DNA of 64,000 nt from Fimicolochytrium jonesii (taxonomy: Eukaryota), in NCBI RefSeq assembly GCF_025526975.1, contig NW_026515672.1:868001-932000 (forward strand), read 5' to 3'. Each line of letters starts with the position of its first letter. Position 1 is the first letter of the stretch. Shown here in pieces: positions 22,561 to 35,100 of this stretch. The notes beneath the pieces were generated by a model that saw only the letters and a program-made list of their open reading frames with translations, did no database searches and had not been told where the DNA came from. The position numbers and the translations under genes are program-made.

Positions 22561-25513
22561 ATGACCGCCATAGTCTCCAGCTGGTCGTCGCATCCAGCAG
22601 GTAGCGACACATCCGGGGATGAGAACCGCGGTGTGGATGCCTCGGACACCTCATCTTTGAGGGTCGCTCTTTCGCCTCATACCGCACTCCCTCCGATTCA
22701 GCAGAGGTCACCAACCCCTGGCAGTGTCTATTCGGACGGCCAACAGGCCCTAGATTTCGGAGAACCGGCTTCGGAGAACGCAGGGCACACCTCGTTGTCC
22801 ATGCGAGCCTGCCCTGACTGTCAAGAGGCTTTACTTGGCGCTTATAACCACTGTCTTATGGACACGGGCACAGAGAGCTCGTTGTTGGATTCACTGAATC
22901 AAATCGACGAAGAGGAGGATGGCCGACGGCTGACGGACCCCCCATTCTTTCGGATTATCCGCGATCCGACAGCCCCCAAAAACACGCTCTACACGGACGT
23001 TGGAAAAAAGGTAGAGAGAGACCGATGGGCCTTCCAAGAGGGAAAAAATGCATCCAAATTAGAGCAAGCCAAAAACAAAAAGCTACCATGTGCAGTGGCC
23101 AAGGGCGCGGGCGTCCAAGGCAGTCACCTATTCTCGGGAGCAATTTACAAGCGAACTTTAGACTTCAAGGACAAGGAAATAAAGATGCTTCGAGAGCAGT
23201 TATACGATAAGATAGTGTCGGAGCGCGCCGACCATGAAGACGCTCAGAAACTCCGTAGCGTCCTGAAAAAGGCCGTTAATTACTATGTCTATGCCGAAGA
23301 ATGGCAAGCGATTGAGAGTTCTCGACTACAGGCCGACGTACGATCACTAAAAGCCGAGCTCGCCTCCCTCATGGCTTTCCTGATTCAATCGGAGAATGAC
23401 AAGCGGAAGGTATAGGTCATGTGATTTTGTTCCAGGAAGAACATCACTCTCATCTCGCAAAATCTTCCTTGGGTAGCTTGCCGGTGAAATTCAAGGGCAT
23501 CATGACGCCGTTGCGCAAAAAGAGGAGGTCATCAAAGAAAAGGACAACATGATTGAAGAAATGAAGAGCAAACTGCACAAGTCTTTCAAAGAGTTTCTTC
23601 ACATAAATAAGACCATGGCGGTCCTCGAAGTGGAAGCGGCGAAGGGATCAGAGGTTACGCAGGGGAGAAATGAGGTTCTGCAGCGAAATCTTGATAAGCT
23701 CGCACGCGAGTTCGAAATAACGACCCGCGATCTTACAACGGCGAATGATCGGATTCGAGAGCTGGAGTTCGAGTTGGAAGAGCTGGTATCACAGTTCAAT
23801 CAGACGGGAGAGGGTAAAAGGGCCGCAGAGGAGCATGCGCGGAAGCTCTCGACAGAGCTGGATCGGACTGTCGCTGAATTGACCAGCACGCGACACACCT
23901 ATGAAATTACGGAGAAGCAGCGCCGACAGCTGGAGGCCGAGCTTGCCGAAGTGAATCAGGCTTTCACAGATTCGAAGTTCGAGCTGAACTCCAAAGTTGG
24001 CGAGCTTAGCAAAGATCTAGAGACTGTTACGTCACAGAGAACGGAGCTCCAAACAGCATTGCAGAACACGAAAGCAGAAAATGAGAAGCTGTCAATCTCT
24101 CTGAAGGGCGTCACTCGTTCTAAAGATCAACTGGAATCTGCTTTCCGAGTCTCCACTCAAAAGTACGAGAAGGAGATCAGCACTCGAGATACGAAGATTC
24201 ACGACCTGGGGAATCTGCGAGAAGAGGATGCGAAGGCGTTGAGAAAAACTCTCGAACAAAAAGAGCAGCTCATGTATCAAGTCACTGATTTGCAGAACTC
24301 ACTCAACCGTGAGACGGCGAGTCTGAATATGGCAAATTTCGAATTGACCCAAGTTAAACGGCAAGCGGACGAGAAAGTAGCCCTGCTAGAGGATCAGCTC
24401 GAAAAGCTCAACACTGCGAAGATCGCTCTCGCCGCGGATAAACGGCAAGTGACGGAGAAGTACAAACAAACGCGGTCCGAATTACAAGAGAAGGAGCACG
24501 AGCTGGGTCATATCAAAAGCGAGTTTTCACGATCTCGCGACCGGGCGAAGCAGAAGGAGTCTACGCTCGTGAAAGAACTGGCTGAGCTCACCGAAGCTCA
24601 TACAACTTTGAAAACGAGTTTCGCTAATTACGCAACTGATCTGACGCACGCTGCTGAGGAAAAGCAAACCCTTGTTAGCAAAGTTGACACTCTTGAGCAT
24701 GATAGGGACGAAGCTATCGCTCGCGGTGATCAGCTTGCAACCGAGCTCGCCGTCTTCAAATCGCGGACGGAAAGACTTACCGCTGATCTCGATGCGGCGA
24801 ACACGGACAAGGCTGATGTTAAAAAGCACTTGGAGTCTGTGGTCATCAAAGTTGATGAGCTTACGAGGACTATGAACAATTTGGAGCGCGAATCCACGTC
24901 CACTATCAAGACGAAAGACGGCGAAATTCGCCGACTGACGAAGGAAGCGTATGACGCGAAAGAGGAAGTCAACCGCTTGAGCAAACTATCCAAGAAGCTG
25001 AGAGCAGTCCTGGACCAGCTGGACATTGAGCACACAGCCATCAAAAAGGCGCTGCAAACCGAGAAGAGCGAGCGGGAGTATATCGAGGCATCTGCCCACG
25101 ATCTCCGACAGAGCCTGCATTCCGAACGCCAGATCCGACTCGAGTTTGAGCGCTTGCACGAGCGGCTGAATCGCAGTGAAGGGGAACGTGAGCGTGAGGC
25201 GCTTGCTGGGCTTCGGTTACGCAACCGGCTCCTCGCTCAAGTCGCCGCGGGACTAAACGAAGAGCAAAGCCGGCTCAAAGAGCTTTCTGCGATCCTGCCG
25301 ACGGATGATCAGTTACAAGCCATTGATGGGCCGGAGATCAAAGATTTCAAGCCGGCGGAGCTGCCGAGGAACGCTGCGCCGCGACAACGGACGCCTGGCG
25401 CGGGTCCAGGGTTCAAGCTGGTGGTGCGAAGACCAATGAATGCAGAAACGGATAAGGACTTGGCTAGCCCACACCCCTCGGCGATCGCGGCGGGTGTCGG
25501 CACGCCCCGGTGA
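22561..25513 (+). CDS. Long coiled-coil protein of unknown family (one intron, 23410-23476); start uncertain
   Basis: Two long ORFs joined in frame by a GT-AG intron, with heptad-rich E/K/L sequence over about 650 aa. Confidence 0.75.
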
Positions 25514-25850
25514 CCGCTGTTATGAGCCTCATGAGGCAGCTTGTTCCCGGCTTATTTCATAAACACAAGATCAATATCATAAATCTGCTGATGCATGTGA
25601 ACTCAAGTCCATAGAATCACAATGGGGAACTGGCGTGGCAGGCTTCGGCGGGATTGAATGTGTGGAATGTTACATGATGATATCGAAAGAAATGCTAAGG
25701 AAGTGTGGTATAAATTCCCTACGCTAAAGCATAGCACTTGATTGCCTGAAAGGAGTGCATTTCTAGACATAGACAAATGATATTGCCGATACGCCGCTTC
25801 GAACTATAGAAATTTCCATATGTAGAACCGGGGCAAATCGGAAAAAGCTT

Positions 25851-28800
25851 TCAAGTTGCGTTTAATGAACACACTTCCTGCCTGATGCGCTCCATCAATT
25901 CGGGAACACTAACGTACAGCTGGCGGGGCAGGGTATGGGTGTCGATCGGTTGGACGGGCGGGCTATCGCATGGAGTCGGTTGGTCAAGGTACGCGTCCGT
26001 TCCATTGGCGGGTATTTTGGCGCTCTCGGCCTGAAGTGTCGAATGGCTGGGTATGGGTTCAGTGTTTTCTTTGCTGTCCTGGTCCGTGGGCAGGTCCGAT
26101 TCGCGGGCGTGCGTGTCAGACGACAGTTGGGCGATGGAAGCGTCGGTGGTCTCCGGCGTTTCTTGGGGCAGATCGCGGACCTTCTCACCCAGCAGCCACA
26201 TCTGCATGCTCCTGACCAACTTGTCGATTCGGGTCTCTGTGCCGCGCCACATCGACGTGAAATCGTGTCGTTCCTCAGTATGCTCACGGGCAGAGTACGT
26301 ACGGATGAGATCGAGCTGGATAGCCGATGTCAGAGTGTCTCTCAAGTACCGGGGATAAAGGTGACAGAAAATCCTTACCATCTTCTCCGCCTCCCATTCC
26401 TCCACTCCGAGGTCTCGCAATGTGCTCTCACCTTGCAAGACGGCTTGAAGCCGACGTGGGACCACAGTGTTCCGTCTGGTCGGTTGTGCCACGTCTGCCC
26501 CGGCAACAGAGCCCGCTGTATAACTGGGTGTCGGAGTGCCAGCCGGAAAAGCTTCGGAGGGCACTACGACGAACCAGTTGAGTTCGGATTGCGAGGTTTC
26601 CAGTTTGGGGTTGTAAGGGCCTGTTGATAAGATTCAAACCAATGAGATAGAGTGGCAGAGCAGTGCTTTTGAGAGCCGGAGATGTAGGACAGGTGTCAGG
26701 ATAACATACCGCAGATAGCGCCCAAGAACGGTTTCCCGTCTTCCTGCGCCGACTCATGAGGCAGCGGCGGAGAAGGCAAAGCCCCCTCACCCATGACTCC
26801 GTGATCCTTTACGTGAGCATGAAAAGGCGGATGAAAAACGGGCCGCTGTTTCACATGAACACTCCCCATCTCCACAAACCTGCACGGCATTGCAAGCCGA
26901 GCCTCCAAACGCCATCTGGTGCGCATGCTGCGTCTCGCAGTCAATACGAGACGGCAAAGTGCAAAAGATGGGGTGGGAATGGTACCACCCAACAATCTGC
27001 ATGCCAAGGCTTTCGGCAGTCGATAGTGCCTCGGCGAGGCTCTCTTCGCTGGCCTCGACCGTGATGCTAGCGTTGGCTGCAATGAGCTTGCGTTGTGCGG
27101 GAAGGGCTGTTTGAATGGTGCATTCTATGGAATCACAACATTGGGATGTAATTTAGGATCGGCCGTTTGTGTGGTGAGCAATCAAGCCGAGAATCGTTTA
27201 CCTTTCGTTCCATCGTCATAAACGCCTGCCAGCAACCCGACTACTTCCGTATCCAGCAGATGGGAATGCAAGTCCATCACGGCGATCGCCTTCCGCTCGA
27301 CACGTAAGCGGTATGGTTGGCAGTTCGGACGGCCGTCGCCAGGAAGGCTCTTGAAAGGCGGGCACGATATAAGATCGTAGCCATCCCTATAAAGCGCAAC
27401 ATGGCCCCTCAGCATCGGATGCGTATGAACAACTTGAAGTGCGATGTAACCCACTCTGCATATTGCCTCTTAGGCTTTGTTGCAGTCTCGCGGCGTGGCC
27501 TGTTCCTCCCATAGTCTGTCTTCCCGTCTTCGCCGACCCTTATGCCAAGCTGCTCCAATTGGACCTATAGAGTGATTGCATTTAGCATTTGCAGGTCGTC
27601 GTGCGCACCAGCGTAGATGTAAATCTTCGACTACTACCTTCTCGGCATCGCCAGGGTTCGTTTCGCGCCTCTTTCTCCTACAAAACGGAAAGGGAAAGGC
27701 CGTCGACGTACGAAGGAGGGATCAGCACGACGACCAACATGTTCAGTGGATATAGCGGTTGTCAAATCTTCCAACTTACAGTGGCGAATTCGACCCCTTG
27801 TTGTAATCAAGGGATACCGTTCGCTTTCTCGCGGAAACTACTTTCTCTGCGCTCTCATCAGTCGAAGGTGGGGTGGGCTTCATCTCTTCTCCATTCTCGG
27901 GCCCGGGAGTTTTATGGGGCGGGAGGACGACCGTACTCGCAGGGTGTTCTGGATCGAATTTGCGAGATCTGAGGTATGGCCTCACTGCCGCACTTTCCGG
28001 ATTCAACGGCTTTCCGCTCAATGTGTGGCCTGCACCAGTTTCTTTGACCTATATGCATTCGTATGCCGTCTATGCCGTCAAACAACTGCAACATGGTCTG
28101 CCGCATGGAGATGAAATCCATACCTTCTCCGGCACATCTTTTCCCTCCAACCACAAATGTATCAAATGCCGCTGGGCGCGAGATTTCACAATGTCTTTTG
28201 AACGCGTGCCGACGTGTCGCGCAACCTGGCAGAAGCCTTGTCAATACACCTTGTCCTCCGAGCAGAACGAAACAAGGGAAAATGCTAGGATGCACCTCTG
28301 CCCAGTTCCTGCCGTGCAACTCCAACCCTTCCAGGAAACTAGCGTGCTCCACTTCCGTCCATCTGCCCTGCTTCATGCCCTGTTCACTGGTCGCCTGCAA
28401 ACCGGATGGTGGTTCGGGAGTCGATGTCGATGTGGCAGTGGATGACTGACCGCATGACTTTGCCGCTCGAGCGATGGCAGGTACCATTTCGACTTCACAA
28501 AGCTTGCTCTCCGAAAATGCCACGTCGGATGAATGCATGTTCCCATTCGCCTCCTGATGAGCTCCCGATAGTTTAGATGATACTGTTTCGGTTTTGGCGA
28601 CTTTCGACGATTTGGCGTCCGCCGAGAGTGTAGAGGCTTCATCTGAGGTTGGCGGGTCGGCCTTCCGCTTACGTCCGCGTTTAGCAGGTGTCGCCGCAGC
28701 TAATTTGCTCGCTATGTAAGAGACGCGAAGGAAGCATGAGTGTCCCTGGTCGCATTTCGGAAAAGATGGCTTATCACATCAATGGGGTCCCGCAACAACA

Positions 28801-29094
28801 GGAAAGGCGATGACTCCTGGATTTTTCGCACTGACCCTTCTTAGCCGATCCACCCCTTTTCGGCTTCTTGCGCAAAACAAAATCATCATCGTCACTTCCT
28901 CGCTCTCCAGCCGGCTTGGCGCTGGCGGCAGAAGTTGCATCGTACATTCCCGAGTCGTCCTTGTCGTTCTCTACTTCATCCTCCCAATAGTCACCGTCAG
29001 CAACGCTGACGTCGCCATAGACATATCCGTCGTCATCATACGCCTGTTGCAGCTGCCTGGCCAAGGCCTCATCTGAGAGGAAACCGCCGGTCAT
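25851..29094 (-). CDS. Myb/SANT + MPN/JAMM metalloprotease (MYSM1-like deubiquitinase)
   Basis: GRWTEVEHASFLEGLELHGRNW..VARHVGTRS (Myb), MDLHSHL..TEVVGLLAG, and IVGWYHSHP..PSRID (JAMM). Confidence 0.8.
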
Positions 29095-29574
29095 CTGTTT
29101 GTGCGGGGTGGGCTGTGTCCTAAAATTGAGTGAACAACCAGATGAGTTCGCAAGTTGGTACACCGGTAGACGGACGGTAAATATTCGAGCTTACGTCAAA
29201 ATAATCCAAGCGCGGCCGCTATGCACCGACCCTTACGGCTGCCAGGACGCTGAGCGGGATAGCTCTTGACCGTATCGTCTGACCGGGGACAGGTGGAATA
29301 CTGTCCGCCTAATCCTATTCGGAATACTGGGGTATCTATCATCCAGCTTTCCGTCGTGCTTCCCGAGTCTCGCTGAGTCGCTGTGCGGCCGTCCTCACGC
29401 GTGAATCTCGTCCGAATGCGTCCGGAACAGTTCGCTCTTCGCACTTCTTGGATTGCCCCCCTGTTGCCCCCGACTTCGAACTCTGTGTTTCCCACCAACG
29501 TACATACGTAGCGTATCGCTATATCCACAAAGCTCAACGCAGAACGCAGCCGGACTACTCACAGGCAGAAGGCA

Positions 29575-30623
29575 ATGGCTTGTTCAGCCGCCAGCAGCAG
29601 CACGGTAAGGTGGCGTCACCGGCCGTGGTTCCCTGTCTGCGGCCATCGTGCTTTCACTACCTCCGCCCAAGTTTCCCTCCCAAGTCGCACCATCGCTTAC
29701 AAGCACATAAGGTCTCCGGTGCCATATGCCCTAGGTCTGCAACTTCAGGACGAGCTGGTGGCTTACCACAGTCGGGCTCTTGCTGATGGCAAACAGAGGC
29801 ACAATGTGCTGTTACTGTTGGAACATCCCCCAACATACACGGCCGGACGAAGAGTGAGGGGAACAGAGGTAGATGAGAGAAGAAGACTCGGAGCTTTAGG
29901 TGCAGACTACCATGAGGTATGCTGTACTATGGGTGTGTGATGGTTCTTGTCTGAGGAATAGCTCCACTTACAGTTGTTTCTGGCCTCAGTAGACTTTGAG
30001 AGGTGGGCAGACAACTTTCCACGGTCCAGGACAGCTTGTTGGATATCCCATATTTGACCTGCGGAGTTTTGATGTAAGACAATAGCGCTGCCTTTCTATA
30101 ACACTTCTCTGACATCCTGCTTAGCTAGGAGTTCGGACCTATGTCTCAACGCTCGAAAGCATGCTTGTTCGCCTGTGCTCCTACTACAACATCACGGCCC
30201 GCACAACAAATGACACAGGCGTCTGGGTTTTCAATCCAAAGAGGAACGATGATCAGAAAATCGCAGCTTTGGGGATCCAAGTGCGGCATCACATTACAAG
30301 TCATGGGTTTGCGCTGAATTGTAAAACTGATTTGGGATGGTTTGAGCATATTGTGCCTTGTGGTTTACCTGGAAAAGGCATCACATCATTGTCTGTTGAG
30401 ACTGGAAGAGGTGAGAGTCATTGTAAAGGTACCAGTTGATGGTTTCACGTATCTCATTGTTACTCGCTTCTCTCACAATCTAGATGTAACCACCACAGAT
30501 GTAATACCGTATGCACTCCAGGCAGTGATGGAGGCCTTTGATGCCCCAGTGGCAGCGCTATCTGACGTGGTGCCGGAGTTGGACTCGCACATGGAGGAAC
30601 TTATCAGTGTCGCGCTTGCCTAG
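29575..30623 (+). CDS. LIP2: Octanoyl-[ACP]:protein octanoyltransferase (LipB/LIPT2), mitochondrial
   Basis: [54 protein letters not shown] and IVPCGL. Confidence 0.92.
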
Positions 30624-30649
30624 GCACACCCTAGGCACACCCTAGGCAC
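30619..30649. repeat. Tandem 11-bp repeat (CCTAGGCACAC) x2.8 overlapping the LIP2 stop codon
   Basis: cctaggcacac cctaggcacac cctaggcac. Confidence 0.85.
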
Positions 30650-30791
30650 TCTTCGCCACGACCTTACGATAGTGACCAGGGAGGGCATTTGCATCGAAGG
30701 TTGCTCTCGCCCCCAAAGACTAGGTTTCACAGTCTCACCGATCATTTCAATCGAGATCTGGAATCAAATGCAGACACGTTGACTTTTCATC

Positions 30792-31772
30792 TCATTTGGC
30801 CGACGTCGTCGCCATCCACGGGAGGGGACCTGGCGAACCTGCGCCATCAACGACCCCCACAACAGCAATAGGTCCCACAACAATACGCCAAGCATCCAAA
30901 AGCAATGTAACACCCATACACGCCGCCAATACATCCGTCAACGTCCGCCGCATCGTCCACATCTGGCATACCCTCTCATCCAACCGATAGAACATTGGGA
31001 ATGACACGCAGAAATACAACGCGTAGAACAAGCTGCCGACGGTGAACATCGCTCGCTGATCGGGATACGCGTAGTAAGGGAATCCCTGGATGGTGAAAGC
31101 TTCCATAAACGCCGTCGCATACGATAACGCCAGTACCACGCACGACTGGCGCAGAAGCGTCGTCGTTGCGGGTCCAGTTCGGCTGACGATTCGCAAAAGC
31201 CTGCTGGAGATGACGTGGTAGAAGTGAAAATACCCGTGCGTGATCAGATACAGCGCGAAGGGCACGTCGTTCAGCCGGTGCGCGTCGAATGTGTATTTGA
31301 CGTGGAGGATGTGGTAGAAGTAGTGTGTCCATAGATAGTTGCCCTGTATCATGGATGTTAGTCTTGTCTGATTAGAAGACGCATCGTTCCATACTACGTA
31401 TTCCTCGTATTCCGTCGACCTTGCTACTCGTCTACACTCGAAAGAACATCCGCCGTCTCGACTTACCACAAATGAGTAAACGCCGATCCAAACATTGGCC
31501 TTGGTCGTATACCTCCTCCTCCATGGCAACGCCGGGTCATCGCACCACCCCGGAAACATCAACGGCAGCACGCACGGCGGGATCGCGACAAACATCCCAA
31601 CATGCATGTAAGACCACGGCGTGAACGATTCATAGGCTTCGGAGAGCACAATGAAAGCCAGCAGGGCAATCCATACCCCGCTCCAGACGAGGAAGAAGGT
31701 CTCGCCGTTGCGTTTAGAGAGGGAGGTGGATTCGTATAGGCCGATGCTGCGGGGATGCGTGGTGGGCGACAT
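30792..31772 (-). CDS. CPI1: Cycloeucalenol cycloisomerase (cyclopropyl sterol isomerase); one intron, 31344-31466
   Basis: SKR..E.FFL..S.VW, RY..KANVWI..YSFV|GNYLWTHYFY..L...YTF..HRLNDVP, TH.YF.FYH, YATAFME, FPYY, GSLFYALYF.VSFPMF.RLDE and LLLD.WR match plant CPI1 motifs. Multi-pass membrane protein. Confidence 0.88.
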   Translation of the reverse strand: MSPTTHPRSIGLYESTSLSKRNGETFFLVWSGVWIALLAFIVLSEAYESFTPWSYMHVGMFVAIPPCVLPLMFPGWCDDPALPWRRRYTTKANVWIGVYSFVVSRDGGCSFECRRVARSTEYEEYVVWNDASSNQTRLTSMIQGNYLWTHYFYHILHVKYTFDAHRLNDVPFALYLITHGYFHFYHVISSRLLRIVSRTGPATTTLLRQSCVVLALSYATAFMEAFTIQGFPYYAYPDQRAMFTVGSLFYALYFCVSFPMFYRLDERVCQMWTMRRTLTDVLAACMGVTLLLDAWRIVVGPIAVVGVVDGAGSPGPLPWMATTSAK

Positions 31773-32193
31773 TTTGTTATGACGATGGCGCGCGTTTGCG
31801 GAGCCTGAGATGTGTTGTTATCCGCTTTATATCCTGCACACCGGTGTCGAGTGTTGTTCGCGAACTTGGCCTATTCTGCGAGATGGTCTGGACTCTGAGG
31901 GTTGAACGTTGTGCAACAGAGTGTTGTCCTTGGCAAGCACCTGTGAAGGCATGCCTGAGCGAAGAAAAGGTGTGCCTTTGGGAGAGTTCAGACGGCACAA
32001 CCGCACACTACACGAAAGACATCACCCCATAGAAACTCCCATATGCATGGTTATTACGTTCGCAAGACGTTCTTTTCAACACCAGATATAAAGGCCATAT
32101 ATACACATCAAGAAACCACCCTCACAAAACCATCTACGCCCTCACATCCCGTCCATCAGCCCAAGCCCGTGATGATCCCTGCACCACCTCGAC

Positions 32194-35100
32194 TCATTCA
32201 GGGATTTCCCCATCTTCGATACTAGGATCTACCTGAGGAGGCGGGGCAGGCAATCGCATCCGAATTTTCGGCAGCGATCCGTACTTGTTCGATATGCCCG
32301 GCACGCCCAAATCGCGCTTCTTCTTCTTGGGCCGGCGAATGCTGTCGTCGCCTTCGGCGTCCGACGCATTGGTCACGCTCGAACGTTTGTTGCGTGAAGA
32401 TTTGGAGCCACGACCGCTGTTTGACGGACCTGCGTCGTCGTCATTGTCACTTGCGGCGGACATCATCGAGTGCTTGCGTTTGTTGCTCGGCGGTTCTTGG
32501 TCCTGTTCCGTGATGATGATTTGGCCACCTGGTGCCAGTTCCTGCACACGGGTGTCGAGGGCGAATTTCATTTGCACGGCGTCTTCGTAGACTTCAGACC
32601 CCTCCACGTTGTAAAGCATTGCGTTGGCGAACATCAGATGGAAGTCGGCGACGAACTGGTCGAGCGTCTTGTAATACGCGTGGTTCATACGATGCGAGAT
32701 CATGTCCATGGCAATGGGCGATTTGATCAGTTGATAGTAGTCGGGGTAGTGCGCCCGAGCCGGCAGCTCGCGGAAGAGGTCACATCGAAGGCGAGTCATA
32801 CTGCGAATTGCCAGAGAAAACTAAGTAACCAACGAAGTAAGAGAATAAAAGCAAAAAAGCCCGCGTGCATACCCGTTGTCATATTCGACCTCGGAGTTCT
32901 CAACTGCCTTGTAACACTCCCCAAAGATCCGCCTCAAAGCACGACGCCTGGCCGGCGGCAGAGGGTCGACCTCATTCTCATCGACCCCTGCAAACTTCTT
33001 CTTTCGACCGCGCTTGACAACGGGCGTGTCCTCATTTTCGTCCTTCACTTTCCCCCTTCGAGCTTTGCGTCCCGTGCTGATATCAGGCACGTCGTCGAGC
33101 GGCTCATCTTCAGCCTTCTTCGTGGGTCTTGACCGTCGTTTGGTGGGGGTCTTCTCAGCCTGCGGCTCCGGCAACGACTTCCCTGCAGTTCCATCCTCGT
33201 CATCCTCATCGCTCCCGTCGTCATCTGACCCATCTTCGGTCCGGCTTTCCCTCAACCTCTTCCGCTCCTCCCGTTTAGCTTTCGCAGCCCTTCTCTTTTC
33301 GATATAGCCTTCAACGTCGCCATCCTCGAGGGCAGCAACGTACTGATCGTCATTCAACCCATCGTCATATCTAATGTCCTTTCGTGCACGTGCTCCACGT
33401 CCAAAAACTTCCAACGCCTGGTCCCCTGTGATCACTTCATCGACAATCTTGAATGCATCCGGAAGCTCAGAATCCGGAATCAAACGAGGTGGAGGATCGC
33501 CCCGTTGTCCGGCCGCCCGCCAAATCTCTTTCTCTTTTTGAACGCGGTCGGCGTCCATCTTGTTAAACAGCTCAAGCTCGCTCTCGTCACGTGCAATGAT
33601 CTCGTTAAGATCGGTATCCTCGAGCTGTCCTTCACCCTCATCTTTGTCTTCCTCGTCCTCATCTCCTCCAAAAAGTGATCGCAGAAGCTCGTCACGTTCG
33701 CGATCGGTGGTCTTGTTGTCGAATTTGCCGGCTTGGATGACTTTGCCGTCCATATCCAGTTTGTACTGCGCTCGTGCTAGGATCGTCTCTTCCACGGACC
33801 TCGCCGTGATCAACCGAAGAATTCTGACTTCTTTGGTTTGACCGATACGATGCGCTCGGTCTTGTGCTTGCAAATCTTGGTGAGGATTCCTAGAGGAGAG
33901 AAGAATGATGGTAAATTTCGTGCTACCGTCATATGAAAAGTGAACAATTGGAAACATACCAATCGGAATCAAAGATGATAACAGTGTCAGCAGTCTGCAA
34001 ATTCAGACCCAGACCGCCAGCACGAGTACTGAGTAAGAAAATGAAGGGAGGTTCCGGATCCTCCTTGCTGTTGAAGGCTTTCAACATGGTCGTTCGGTCT
34101 TCAGCCTTGGTATGTCCATCCAACCGGAGGTATGCATGTGCGCGGAAACGAAGGTAATCCTCCATAATGTCCATGACCTGAGTCATCTGGAAGAACATGA
34201 GGACACGATGCCCCGTAACCTTGTACTTTGGCAGAATACGATCCAGAAGTTCGAATTTTCCGGCAACACGCCAAAGATTGTTGTCCGTCATGCCATATGG
34301 GTTCATGGTGTGTTCCACCTCTTCGAAGACGTACGGGTGATTGCAAACCTTTCGGAATTGCATGACCAAGTTGTTGAGAGCCTTTTTCCTAGGGAGCCGA
34401 CATTGCATGTTAGCAAAAGCGCTTTTCTGATGGGTGTTACGAGCCGCTAAGCTTACCTCTTCTCCCCATCGCCGCCGAAACTGGACCGCTTATTCCGAAT
34501 CTGCTCATATAAGCGGTGCTGCAACGCGGACATCGGGCATTTGACGACTGTCTCGACCTTGTCGGGCAGTTCTGACTCTACATCCTTCTTCAGACGTCGC
34601 AACAAGAACGGCCGAAGGACCTTGTGCAGTCCACGAATGATAAGCAAAGACTCTTCTTCATTCAGCCGTATGTCGTTTTCTTTCCCTCCTTCTTTGGCAA
34701 AAGGATGGTTGAACCAATCGTCAAAGGTGTCGACGGAACTGAAAATCTTGGGCAAAATGAAGTTCAGCAAAGCCCACAACTCGGGAAGATCATTCTATTG
34801 ATGACATTAGGTCAGTAAATAGGCGAGACAAAGAATACGAAAGAGTTGAGGCACCATACCTGCAACGGTGTTCCTGTGAGAATCAATCGATAACGCGTAA
34901 TGTAGTGTCGCGCTAACGTCATCGATAGCTTCGACTGCGTGTTCTTCATTCGGTGTCCCTCGTCAATGATCATGTACACCCATTTGATCTTGCTGAGCAC
35001 GGCTTTCTCCCGAATGACATATTCGTACGTGGTTACAACCACGTTGAAATTGCCCGACTTGATGTCATTCCGAACTTTCGCACGCTCAGGCGCTGTCCCT

